Shown: positions 51,701 through 64,000, counted from the first letter of the stretch. The stretch: 64,000 nt of DNA from Lingula anatina (GCA_051362555.1 CM120646.1:17422001-17486000), one strand, 5' to 3'. The notes: generated from the sequence alone by a model not told the origin. A program made the numbers and translations.

Positions 51701-54700
51701 TTGCATTCTGTTCAAAAACTTTTCCTTGGAACAAACATTAATAAAATGAGTATTCTGGCATTTGTCGCGTGCTAGCAAAAAGTGATTGTTATGTAAACTG
51801 CGAAAACTCATAACCTGCGAGAGATATTATTGATATTTCTCCCGGAAAAAATAATAACATCAGAACCACTTGGGAAGGTGAGAGAACAATACGACCATCT
51901 AAAATCGACATGTTATCGTCTGTCACAAACTTGATTGTGATTTTTTGTAAAATATTCATGAAGATTAGATCCCTGCTGTTGCAGACTCATGGTGACTGTT
52001 TCGCCTAATTTTCACCTAGACTTGCTCACAACTGAAGGTGTGTATTATCTGTCATCGCTCTGTTGAACAATGTGAGCGAATTAAAAAGCAAACCCAAGAT
52101 GTTAACCGCGATGTCACAGACCCTACTTCGTGTTGTTGCTCCGCGGTTGTGATTGCTAATATCGTCTTGTATTTGTAAACATTTACGAACAAATCTGACA
52201 TTAGACGAAACCGTCAACAGGGTTATAAAGAACAGGGATTACTATTCATGGATGTTTTTCAAAATAAAACATATCAAACAAAACTGTTATCACGCTTAAC
52301 TAGGGTTTGTTTTTCTTCCTTAATTACTTCGATCTCTATCAAGATATGACAGCTAGGTAATTAGAATAAGTAATTAAAATTGTATACAGCATGCTAAGCA
52401 AAACTGAGCAGGCACAATTTGGGAAATAGTTGATTCTTTTATCTATTAACCACATTCAAAATACCCCCTAAATATTCAACAATGTGAACTTAATAAGATA
52501 TTCATTTGCTTCAGGCAATGAAGAAGGTGCATTCAAGAATGTTTTAAACCACGTTGCCGAACAGTTCAGCGAGTGAGTATATGTAACGACACATGTCTGT
52601 TTGGTTTTGTACATGTAAATGAATAGGCGGAAATATATATTATGGTGTCATTATATTACCTTTAACCCTAAAATTGTTAACGTGAGTATAGTAATCTGAA
52701 TGTGTAACTCCATCGTGTTTACAAATGTGATTACTTATAAATAGTTTCACCAAGCTTGTTAAATGCCGTCCGTCTTTCATTTGCAGGGCACTTAAAGTAG
52801 ACGAGTTTAGAACGGAGGTGAACAAGAGACTTAATACATTGGAAAGTAGGATTGAAAGTAAGTATTTTAAATGGTGAATAGCTCAAATGGAAGATACACC
52901 ATCTTTTGTAATCAAAATGGGAGATCATTTGGCCTGCTGCCCTTCATCTGATTTGATGTTCTGTATAATGTACTTAATTGTACTATACCAGTAATAGCCG
53001 GATATGGATTTGTTTTAGGACTTTTATTTCTCAGCTTTGTTTTTACTAAATACAGTTTGTTTTAATATTTGATACAGCAGCAGTTTAAATATATGCAAAA
53101 GATGGTTCAAAGTGGCTCTCAATGACGAAACTAGCGAATAATGCATTCAGCTTCAACCAAAATTTATGAATGAAGGAAGTAAAGCAATTTGAATAACAAC
53201 ATGGAATGAAAACATTCACGGTTCAGGAGTATCTCTTGCCAAATGCTTTTAATAGTAAATCTTTGTCGTTCCAACCGTTGGGCATCCGTCAGTTATTTAA
53301 TTGAGCAGTGTATTGCCGGTTCTCGCCTGATAATAATGCCTTAATTTAAACAAGGACGTTTATTACACATCATTGATTTAAATCACCAAATTGCATATTG
53401 CATTCGCTTTCACATGTATGTGATTAATTGAGGCAAGGTATTAACTGCGCCCCGTGACAATATACACTCATATGCTGCTCTTTGAAAATTGGCGTCATTG
53501 CCGTATCATAATTATCAACGCCTCGCAATAACATTGCATTGTTACTATGGTTTCACTGTCGTTATTATTTAAATACCATTTGATTAGTGCAGCATCTATT
53601 AATTCATAAGATTCATAATATAAGGATAACATGAAAATCACAACAAAATGTAGCTTGATGCATTAGTACATATGACCTGCCAACACCCCCTCCCAATGTG
53701 TTTTACAATATCATCATTGTCGCTATATCGATTGCACAAGCAAAGGACAGCAACAGTACGGTTGATAAAAGGGACAGCATTGGATCATGAATTACTCTTA
53801 CTTCTTAAGATTTATTCTTTGCAACGGCCTCACAGCGTTATATTAGATTTGTGCGAAACGTCCTCTTCCTCATATTGTGAAGCAACTCGTACATACTTGT
53901 GTACAATCGTATTGCAAATTTGATTGTTGTTGATTCGTATGTCTGTTGTTTATTACCGACTTGTTTATTACTTGTCTGGCGACGTCATCGTTCTTGATAA
54001 TCTATGTATGTTGTAAGTGTATCCTACATTTACTACTTATGTGCAAAGGTGTGGTGCGACGAGTTCGAATGAGAGTGAATATTCCAAGAATAGGTTAATA
54101 TTAATTCTGGAGATATTGTCCCGTCGTTGCAGAGGAGTTGGCGATTCTCTGATTTACATTGATGATTCATCACGGATTATACATTGTCTACAAATGTTTT
54201 GGTTAAACCGTTTTCTACTGCGTAAAGATATGTATAAGAGTAAACTAATTTTTCCGGGGGCGTCTCGATAGTCCGAAAGTTCATTGGTCTGAAGGCTCAT
54301 TGGTCCGAAAAATAGTAGCATTGTCGTCGGTTTTTTAATCAAGGATTCATTGCTCCGAAGGTTCTATATTGAGTGAACATTCGGACCAATGAACCTTCGG
54401 GTTATTTCACCTTCGGACTATTGCTACGGCCCCATTTTTCCTATATAAAACGTATGTTTTTTAGAATTATATTTAACTGCTTCATAAGTGATCTTTTTTT
54501 TTAATTTTTTGAAAAATAACATTTGAAAGTTTGTTCAAGGGGAGGAGGCAGTTGTATCTTAACTTTATAGGTATATTTAGATATATTCCGATGTTATATT
54601 TATATTCCAAACTCGTTTAAGACCAGCTGGTACAATAACCAAGGGGTGAAGATGATATAGTGGTCTACAGTTTCTTGTGTTGTCTTCATCAGTTATACAC

Positions 54701-55703
54701 TGACTAAATCGTTTGACTAATTTTTCTTTTCCAGAAGACAATCAACGCGGGGTGGAGATCGAAAAGTGCAGGAAGGACATTTCCGATATTCGGAACCAGA
54801 TATTCGAAGCACAAACAAAAATTGTCGACTACAACCACATGAGGTAGATTAAATTATATTATTTATAAAAAGATTAATTTTTTATATAATATTTTTTTAT
54901 GATAGGAGAGAGCCTTATTTTTCTTGATTGACGTCAAGTCTGTTTTGCAAAATACCCTAGTCAAAAGCGGTTTTCTCTTAACCCATTTAAAGCTTTGTGG
55001 TAACCTTAAGAAATATTTATAAGAAATATGCTCTATTAATTATTTTTAAAGATTTAATGCATATATGTATATTATTTAATGCAGTTTTGGATAAGTTTAT
55101 TTGGTTTATTTGGCTATACCTGCATGTTTGTATCTAGCTCACTCAATTCCTCTCCTAGACTGGAATTTATATACATATATAATTTTTCAGACAAAAATAA
55201 ACAATCTGTACATCTGCATTAATACGTAAAACAACATTCTGAATATGCCTTGCTGACACAATAATCTTTTTGAAACAAAGCGTACCCTTCTGAAACATTC
55301 CCTATGTGGGAAATAATTTTTTTTATTGTATTACTTTCCACTAGCCAGACTACAATAAATCTGTCATGCATATTCCTCATCCCTGTGCTTACCGTGTTTA
55401 ATTTGACCAAATGAAGGAAGTGCCATGCCCCCCTCCCACCAAACACTAACCCAAGATTATAACCTAAAACATACCAGCGTTCCATCCAATCATTGCACGT
55501 GCCAGCACATTATCTTCCCGTTTGTTTCCCATCTTTATGAATAACAAAACACCGATGTCTTTTAACTTGAAGCTTTTAAGCTACACGTGTTACAACGTCT
55601 TACACACCTCATTTACGTGCATATTCCATTATAATAAGAATGATAAGCTTAACAAACTAAGTTGAACGCTAGATGTCGCAAATTCAATAAATAAATCACC
55701 TCC

Positions 55704-55751
<48 letters not shown>

Positions 55752-58700
55752 CATTTCACATCTAGACACGGTTTCCGTTGTTTCCTTGAACCACATAAAG
55801 ATTTATTAATTTTTACCTGCAACGTTACCCAAGTAATTCATTATTTACTAACAACTGGTGGATCCAGGATGCCAAGGAGGGGGCGGGGCAGGGTTTTAAA
55901 GCCCCATCCCACAAAGCAGTTTAAAATACATAGTGAATGCAATATGCTTTCATGGGCCTGCAGAGCATTTTGTGTCCTTCCTCGTGTTTTTGACTAGACG
56001 GGAAAGATTGACAACCCGCTTCCAAAAGAGCAGCTATATCCCCGCCTCTCTCTCTGGATTCACTTATATACTTAATAAAATTGCTACCCTTCAGTACTCA
56101 CGCATGCTTTTTGTAACGTGGTCCTGTTACAGACCCAACTACTTTCAAGGCAAATCAACAGATCGTTTCTATGCAAGCAGCTCAACAGATGAACATAAGA
56201 TCGTGATGAAGAGGGATATTCCGAAATATCCCAAGGTACCGTAAGGGGTATTCCGTGACGTCATGTATTCTTGTGGTTCATTTGTGACCCATGCCTGCGA
56301 TTTCCGTGACGTCATATTTTACTGAAGTGACGTCATTTATGCTATGATGTCAGGTTATCTTGCGGAACGTTTGTGACCAATGACTGCATTTATGTTTGCC
56401 TTATATGTCAGTGGTGTGACGTCATGTTTTCGTGATAGTTTTTTTATCAACTGCAGGTTTCTGCTTTCATTGTATGTGATCAGTGACTAATGGACAGTTC
56501 TTTTTTTTTCGTCTGTACCAATTTTTCACATCTGTGTGTAGCGTGCATGTATATATTTGAAAGACGTTGCTGAAATTTTCTCTAGTTTTTCTATGCATGT
56601 TTGCCATAATTTACTAGGAGATGACACAGAAGGGAAATATATGCACTGACTGATTTCTGATCTTTCCTGCACATACGTCATGTCATGCTTATGACCGTCA
56701 TAAGTGATGTGGTCTTCTGTACCAGGAGCAATGGCCGCCAGGGTTATTGATTATTTCCAATATGACAGATAATTATGGACTTTTTTAAAATAAATATGTT
56801 TTGTCAAGGACCTAGTTTACAAGACCCTGGGTTCCATCTAAAATACATGGCATTTCCTCATCAATTTCAATCTTTGACAAATTTAATAACTGGAACTGCA
56901 CGTTGATATCTTTCGTAGATTACAGAGAGTGTTATCTTCCTGCACATTAAATCTGAGTATTGATCTTGGCAGAGGCGTCAAAACTGATACTTTTTCCAGA
57001 AACATCCCATAGGATTGCACTGGTACAGAAAACATCACATATAAGCAGACAAATAGCAACCGGCAACTGATTATCTGATGAAAACCTAAGTCCTTGCGAA
57101 TATCAATTGGATATTTCCCGTCTGGGATCTAGTCTCATGTAAATTATTAAAACATGAAAACAAAGAAATAAATATTCTGTTTTTTTCTGCATCTTTTCTG
57201 TTATTTCTTCACTGAAACCAGAGGTCAGCAACGTTTTGTATCCTCTATTATTACTTTTCATTAAAACGTATTTATTGTTTTTGTTTACCGTCGAGAAATG
57301 CATTGGTGACAACAGACTCCTGGCTACATGTTACTTTCTGTGTTATGCTTTTGTGCTGGCGCTCGCTGTATCTTTTATATGTCGAAACTTGCTGTTTCCA
57401 GTAATTGCCTTGACACGTACCTTTTGTTCGATGTTGTGATTGAATAATTGCAAATTTCAAGTAGCCTGACTGCCAAGCCAATTCATATTATTCTACATTC
57501 GCATCTTATTTGCTTGTAGTATGAAAAGTGATAAATTGCGTCCCCGAAAATCCATCCCCAAATTTCAAAAGGTAAAGGTGGCAAACATTTATATGTTTTG
57601 CATGGTGTGCGTTTATTTATTTATTTTTTTCTTTTAGAAAAGTAGGATGTTTTAGTAGGTCTTAAATGACATTGTCAGGTTTCATTTTAATATTTTGAAT
57701 AGTTTTATACGTAAAAGGTGGCTGTGATAACACCTTTTTAATCATCTTTACGTTGAAGCACGTTTAATTTTTCATGTTATCTGTTGTCTCAGATATTCAG
57801 TTATTATTCGGTATGAAATAACCCATTGTATCTTTTAAATAAAGAAAGTTTTATCGCAGCTAGTACTTTCGAACGAACATAATCTGCTTTTCTTTAGAAA
57901 ATTTCCTGTTTGAGCTCGATTGAATGGGGCATGCCTGAAAAATAAATATAACCACGTTATAAGATATATAAGATAATTAAAATAACCTTTAAAATGGAGC
58001 TCAATAATGAACGTACAATATACATATTCCATTCCCTGGATGAACGCGGGAAACGATATTGAAAAACAGATTCGACAAGAGTTATATGATATTTTCCTGA
58101 GCAAGCTTCCTAATTGGAAGGCAATAAACGGTGCCTGGGAATAGTGAATATTTGCAGTTAAATATCCTAATCCGAAAAACCCTTTTTTCAGCCTAGCATG
58201 TTTTTATACAATGTATGTGTTTACCTATAGGTATAGTTGTCAGTACAGTACTACACCAGAACATCGAGCAAGTCATTCATATTTAATGCTTAATGTAACC
58301 TGAACTATCGGTAAAATATCAATGTTTCTATTTTTAAGAAAAAAAATGAGATTTTTTTCACTTCCTTCGTAAATATAATATATATAATTATGTAATATTA
58401 TCGTACGAGTGCTTTGGTTATGGTATGTATAAGCTTACCATTTTTTGTTAAATTTCTATTCCAGTACACTCTATCAGAGGAGACAGTGGCTTACCTTAAA
58501 CAGCCTACGTTTGACATTTGGCACTGGGAACCAAACGAGGTATAGTCAAACGTCGGGAGGGATGTTCATGATTTCTTATTGTCATTTAATTATCTGTACT
58601 GTGAATACTTTTCATTTTGCATTCACAATGGTGAACGTTTAATGCCGTGAACATGTATCTCAAAGCGGAAGCTCATGGCATTTACAGTTGCTGTGTGTGA

Positions 58701-59374
58701 TATTTCAATGATATATTTAATAATTTACATATTTTACGTCGTGATCCTATTTAACCAAAACGTCTTACATATCAATAGATTGACGATATCAAACTAACAT
58801 TTGTCTGGATATATCCTAGCAGATTATAAATAAACCAACGGATGTTACTTGTTTTTATCAGAAATGATCTCAGTTGAAAGTTGTACCGCGCCATGTTCTT
58901 ATTATAAACGCTAATGTGTTAGTCGGAAATCGGTAATTAGGTAAAAGGAGCTGCAGTTCACTATCATGTTACAAAATGAGTCAGAGTTTGTTTAAAAAAT
59001 AAGAGACCTGGATATGTGTACTTTGTTAGTCAAAAGATGACTAAAGATGTTCTTGCAAATGCTCGTGAATTGAATTTTCTTTTAAATGTTGATTTATTGA
59101 GCTACACATCCATTAACAAACATCCCAACATTGTTTGCATTGTACTTTGCAATTGTGGCGTTTATAAATTGCATGCTTATATTAATTTTAAATGTTGAAT
59201 TCATAGCTATCGAGTGTCACATGTCCACGGCTTCTTTGGTAAACATCTTGCGTTTTGTATTTTCAGATGTTGAGTTTATTGGAGCATATGTACCACGAGT
59301 TGGATATTGTTCATGAGTTCAATATAAACCCAGTGAACCTTAAGAGATGGCTGGTAGGTATCTGGCCCCAGTTT

Positions 59375-59417
<43 letters not shown>

Positions 59418-61959
59418 TCCCTGGCTTAGTTGACTAGGATGTCCAGAGCTGTTTCAGTGCTCCTGACAAGATAAGATGTGCCCCTGTGACCTCATAAACT
59501 TGGTAATTTAGTTCTTAGCCAGGGAACTTGCGTTACTTTTGAAGACAATATATATTCTTTTCTTTGAAATAGTTTTGTCGCGTTAAAATAGGCTATATTT
59601 CAATGGTCTTGGATCCCAAACGCTCCCCAGCAATACTCCACGCCACCTATTCGACTAGGACGGACAAAGGTTAGCTCAATAAAGATTTATGTAGAGACCA
59701 CGCCCAAACCAAGATAAGGCTTCCACAGTGATCCAGAGAGACCCATTGGCATCCCCCTACTCCCCTCATTTTAGTTTGCTTGCGTTTTTTTATTTTTATT
59801 TTTTTATTTTTTTATTTTTTTGTGCTGGTGGTTGTGTGCTTTGGGGGTGTAGTTCCAGAGACTACCTTTACATCTGGCCCATGTGTTTTACACGTCTGAG
59901 TTACACGTGCGAGTTACACGTGGAGCATTGTGCCAAAACCAGACCCTATTTACAAATTCGAACGAAGCTTTGGAAGCTATCGTCTTTATAACCTGTTGCT
60001 TTTAAATCTGATTTCATATCTGAAGCTTATGCAATGTGCCAATGAAAATGTGCGACATTGATATACAAATCGAACACGGCTCATCCAAAATTTACGTTTA
60101 AAACAGCTGTGCTAGCATATTGGTTTTACTTCGTACCAAGCGCTTGGCAAACGCGATCTCCAATCTTCATGATGAAAATATGGAAAGATAATATATTTGA
60201 TGCATTGTTCAGTTCATTAGCATTGTTCTGTTGCACATTGTCAACTGACCTTTCACTGGCATTCATCAATTTATTCTAAAGTGAATGGAATCGATATTCA
60301 TACTTCTTGTTGATTGTTAGAGCTCTTCATAACATCGATGTTATTAAGCTTGCACTTACCTTCCAGCTGTGTATCCAGGAAAACTACAGGAATAATCCAT
60401 TCCACAATTTCCGTCACTGCTTCTGTGTCACTCAGATGATGTATGGGATGATTCACATATGTGAACTATGGGAAACCCTGACCAAGGAAGACTTGGGTAT
60501 CCTGATAACGGCCTGCATATGCCATGATTTAGACCACCCGGGCTACAATAACACGTATGCAAATATACATTTCAGGCCTGTAGCCAGCAATTTAAAAAGG
60601 GGGGTTCTTTTCTGAAAAAGTGGATCTTTTTCCATAAAAACTTCATGTACCTAGATCAAATTTTACCCAGAATGGACCTTTTCCCAGCAAAAGAGGCGGT
60701 TCTTTCGAACCCCACGAACCCCCCTGGCTACAGGCCTGCATTTGTCTGCGATATAAATATACTTTGAGAGTGGCTAGTCCAAGCTCGTGAAGCATTGTAC
60801 ATTTATCACAAGTTTCTTAACGTTCATAAAATCTACTTGGGTAGACATTCGTTTAGCAGTATTGACAATAGAAAAGGGAATCCAATCACAAATGTTCCAG
60901 CATAATACATGTTGCGGTGCAAGTTGAAGAAATAATTTTGTGAAACGGTCGTCTTATTATTGGTCGTAACCTTTGGTCTGCTATATGGTTGTGCGTTTTT
61001 CTTCTGGTTGATTGTGCTTTATGGAATATACAAACATCAAGTAAAACTTAACTCTTCCGTACCAGTGTATTTTCATGTATGAATTTTATTGACCACACAA
61101 CAGGGATGAATTACCTGAAAAAATTATAGATAGTCAGCATATCACAATCAGCAATTCCGTTTTTTGCCTGTATTAATGTTTCAAAAAACCAATACTTTAT
61201 TTCATTTAAAATAGCTACCAGATCAATGCAAGAACAGACTTGGCGATACTCTACAACGACATATCCCCACTAGAAAACCACCACTGCGCCGTGGCGTTCC
61301 AGATTCTAAACAATCCAGAGTGCAACATATTTGGTAATGTGGACAAAGACACTTTCAAAAGGATAAGAGCGGTACGTTATGATAATATTAAATAATTAAT
61401 TAGGGAATAGTTCTTTATTATTTCACTAAAAAACGGGCTTCTATGTTTAACTAAATTTAACTCTATAAGGTAAATGAGTCTGGAGATTATAATCTTTTCA
61501 GGTTTACTTACTCATATTTGCACAAGAGGTGGTGTGCACGAAATCATTACATTCCTGGTTTAACCCAAAATCAAACGAGCATACCTCAAATTTTATTGGA
61601 ATCCTGTTTTGATATTAAATCCCATGAAAAAGTAATCGTGTATTTTGTTTTCTGAGACTCAATCTCATTAGATCTCATTATAATACGTCATCTATGAACA
61701 TAAATGAACGGAAAATTAATTATAAACAAGAAAAACAAATGCCATTAGCACGGCAGCATACAATGTAGTCGGCATCTTGTTATACATTTTAGAACATCAC
61801 AATGCTGATTCTTGGCACAGATATGGCAAGACACGGAGAAGTCATGGATAAGTTCAAGAGGACACTCACTGACTTTGACTATAACAATAAGGAACATTTA
61901 GACTTGGTATGTCACGTCATATGGTCTTCATTATCCTGGCCTTCTCAGTAACACACACA

Positions 61960-61993
<34 letters not shown>

Positions 61994-63416
61994 CGCAAGC
62001 ACGCGTAATATTAGGGCCTATATATGAAATGACAAAATAGTACAGATATATGTAAGAATAACTTTCGGTTCCTCAAGCCATTTCTGTTCGTCAAGTACTT
62101 GTAAGTTGCAATTTAATATTGGTCTTTTGAAACCAAGTTGTCAACACAATTGGCCCGTCCCAACTAACGCAATCGTCTTGGTTGCAGTTAAAGATGGTGC
62201 TGGTTAAATGCTGCGACATATCAAATGAAGTCCGCCCAGCAGAAGTTTCCGAACCATGGGTAGATTGCCTGCTTGAAGAGTACTTTAATCAGGTATACCA
62301 GTCGATAAATCACAGATTGGTTCACTTAAAAGTCATAAGATTTTAGTGATGAATTAATTAATTAATATTAAATATTAGACCAATAGTTGTCTTGGCAGAG
62401 GTCTGCTCTCTTTGGGTGATTTTTTAGTCACTGTCATCGGTAACGTAGTGTTTTATTTGTAATTATCATAACAATCTTGATTTATGTCTAGTCTGACCGG
62501 GAAAAATTGGAGGGATTGCCAGTGGCCCCGTTTATGGATAGGGAGAAGGTGACAAAACCGACCGCCCAGATTGGCTTCATTAAGTTCGTGCTTATTCCTA
62601 TGTTTGAGACAGTTGCCAAGGTAACGAACGCTGTCTGTAATTGGGTTGATCTGTTTCTCAGGCCGTGTATCTGATGTTTATCAAACGGCGCCGTTAAGGT
62701 TTGCATATGGATTAATAAATAAGTTTTCTTGTCTTGGATTTTATCGCATTTAAACAGAATGTGTCTCTTTGCTGGGGTATATGTGCTTATTTGTATGTAC
62801 GAGCGTTTGCGTGTGTGTGCGTGCGTGTGTGTGTGTGTCGCTTTTAAGTGCCAAAACTGCAGAGACAAGCCATACCGCTGCCTTATTCTTAAGAAGAGTG
62901 ACCTACATAATTGGACAACAATGTTGAAAATAATCAGCATTGTTATTTGTTTCAGCTTTTCCCTATAGTGGATACTATAATGGTCGAGAAGCTTCGGATG
63001 GCACGAGATCATTACGAGGAAATGAAGCTAATGGATGAGGCACTGAAAGAGGTAAAAATACATTGATGTATATTGCATGATGTAAAAAGAATAACCTTAT
63101 TTAAAGCCATAGGCTAGTGCAGAGAGCTTAACAGAATTTGTTTAATAATGTCTGCCTTCTGCCCAATACCCGAAATGCAAATAGCTCTTTGAAGTGACAC
63201 ATCCTCTTGTTTATCCATGGCTTGTATTTTGTCAATTTGCGATCCTTTCTTGTCATACCATTGTAGCTCTTTCTGTTTTATGCGTTATTCTTTTTTTTAT
63301 TAATTGTTCTTTGTCTGTTTTAGTTTCAACTTACATATTATGTTAACTCAAAATTTGTTCTCGCATCATAAAATAGCGTATCTCTTGTTGATTTTTAGAA
63401 AGCCAAAGTAACATAA
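45791..63416 (+). CDS. PDE9A: cGMP-specific 3',5'-cyclic phosphodiesterase PDE9-like, 17 coding exons, about 524 aa
   Basis: Exons 45791-45859, 49265-49335, 49941-50018, 50589-50635, 52515-52572, 52787-52857, 54735-54843, 56133-56235, 58465-58539, 59267-59353, 60367-60554, 61215-61371, 61793-61906, 62188-62292, 62492-62620, 62956-63051, 63399-63416 (last exon uncertain); all GT-AG and phase-compatible. Motifs [81 protein letters not shown], [17 protein letters not shown], [16 protein letters not shown]-terminus MGNGGS fits a myristoylation motif. Confidence 0.95.
46111..46218 (+). repeat. Two-copy 54-bp tandem duplication in PDE9 intron 1
   Basis: TTTAAAGAGATAGTAAATGYCTCAAYTGTTTTGGGAACCTYAGCAMCAGAAGG at 46111 and 46165. 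Confidence 0.9.
48694..48707. promoter_or_regulatory. Candidate RFX X-box in PDE9 intron 1
   Basis: GTTGCCATGGAGAC; motif match only. Confidence 0.4.
50037..50185. mobile_element. ~150-bp MITE with apparent CAG TSD (PIF/Harbinger-type)
   Basis: CAG|GCCTCCGTAACTCGAAAGCATCGCGAATTGCGA...TCGCAATTCGCGATGCTTTCGTGTTACGAAGGCT|CAG; ends uncertain by 1 bp. Confidence 0.82.
50724..50916. mobile_element. MITE with CAG TSD (PIF/Harbinger-type)
   Basis: CAG|GTGCCAGTTTTTCAAAAAACTTAGGTTAGTTCC...GGAACCTGACTTAAGTTTT...GTGAAACCGGGGC|CAG; second copy at 59365. Confidence 0.82.
51113..51214 (+). repeat. Short direct duplication (~34 bp, two copies)
   Basis: TTTTCCACTTTCTTTTTCTGGAAACGGAACCTT at ~51113 and ~51180. 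Confidence 0.8.
54256..54433. mobile_element. 178-bp MITE with 8-bp TSD and internal short repeats; superfamily unassigned
   Basis: ATTTTTCC|GGGGGCGTCTCGATAGTCCGAA...TTCGGACTATTGCTACGGCCCC|ATTTTTCC; repeated TCCGAAGGTTCATTGG-like units in both orientations. Confidence 0.85.
55706..55747 (+). repeat. (CA)n microsatellite
   Basis: Direct reading; another near 61951-61990. Confidence 0.95.
56256..56424. promoter_or_regulatory. Cluster of four palindromic CRE sites (TGACGTCA)
   Basis: Sites at 56256, 56307, 56328 and 56417, each in GTGACGTCAT context. Function not shown. Confidence 0.5.
57520..57571 (+). CDS. PDE9A: Candidate alternative PDE9 exon 8b
   Basis: TTATTTGCTTGTAG|T ATG AAA AGT GAT AAA TTG CGT CCC CGA AAA TCC ATC CCC AAA TTT CAA AAG|GTAAAG; phase 2 to 0 like exon 8a; [13 protein letters not shown] resembles exon 8a [13 protein letters not shown]. 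Confidence 0.72.
59365..59545. mobile_element. Second copy of the 50724-50916 MITE, right end decayed
   Basis: CTG|GCCCCAGTTTCAAAA...CCCTGGCTTAGTTGACTAGG...TGCTCCTGA...CTTGGTAATTTAGTTCTTAGCCAGGGAAC shared with 50724-50916. Confidence 0.8.
60573..60738 (-). mobile_element. 166-bp member of the CAGGCCYGTAGCC family with 5-bp TSD
   Basis: CATTT|CAGGCCTGTAGCCAG...CTGGCTACAGGCCTG|CATTT. Confidence 0.9.
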
Positions 63417-64000
63417 GAGGTCGGATTCACTAACGGAGAACCACAAAACATCTCACCAAATGATTCTGGCAACAAAAACTATTGTCTGCGCGTCGTTTAT
63501 TATTTATTTTCGCATTTCGTATTGTTTAACAATTTCTGCCATGTTTATGGAGAAACATCTGTATGGCTTAATAATTCCCCAATGACCTGGAGTAAAAATA
63601 TGGAAAATGAATAAGAACTTAAATATACTATTTACTGAAGTCCCCCGATTTTCAGAATTATGTTTTACACTGCACTGTAATGACTCTGGCATAGAAATGT
63701 ATTGATCTTAATATGACGTATCTTTGGTGCTGAGTACAAACAATTTAGTCAACTGCTATGTCAAAATTCAGCGATTTGAGATTTTGTAATGCACCTAATG
63801 TTTCTGAAAAAAAAAAACAAAAAAAAAAACGCTGATTAAGTTATGTGTGGCGCACCTGATTGCTGTAATAAGGTATTCAGTACATTTTATGATATCTGCC
63901 AAGGGAATGTATTTCCTGAATCCAACAAGTTTCGTTTAAACTCATACTACTAACACGTTTTCCTGGCTGGACAGGCCTAGTACTTGTGTGACGAGGTATT

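Noticed and set aside
55853-55915. Possible fragment of a CAGGGGCGGATCC-type MITE
   Set aside because: Only one degenerate end and no TSD.
62488-63012. 174-aa minus-strand ORF
   Set aside because: Antisense shadow of PDE9 exons 15-16 plus a (GT)n tract.

Overview
AT-rich animal genomic DNA with GT-AG spliceosomal introns, microsatellites and many MITEs; probably an invertebrate, with lophotrochozoan-like repeats, but the species cannot be determined. In order: (1) two tandem minus-strand paralogous genes of unknown family (198 and 223 aa) with a shared C-terminal domain and matching 5'-UTR intron architecture; (2) a tRNA-Ala(AGC); (3) a 9-exon SLC5A7/CHT1-family transporter gene (+, 557 aa) lacking several aromatic residues of the choline pocket; (4) a convergent two-coding-exon gene of unknown function (-, 337 aa); (5) about 24 kb with no recognisable gene, holding MITEs, a Helentron-type element, a decayed Tc1 transposase and a weak candidate spliced ORF; (6) a 17-exon PDE9-type cGMP phosphodiesterase gene (+, about 524 aa). 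Best leads: a duplicated, frame-incompatible exon pair in PDE9 with four palindromic CRE sites between them; the altered transporter pocket; a tandem repeat that copies the transporter's first 5' splice site inside a hairpin; and four MITEs inserted within 20 nt of 5' splice sites. All gene models were built by eye and human comparisons are from memory; no searches were run.
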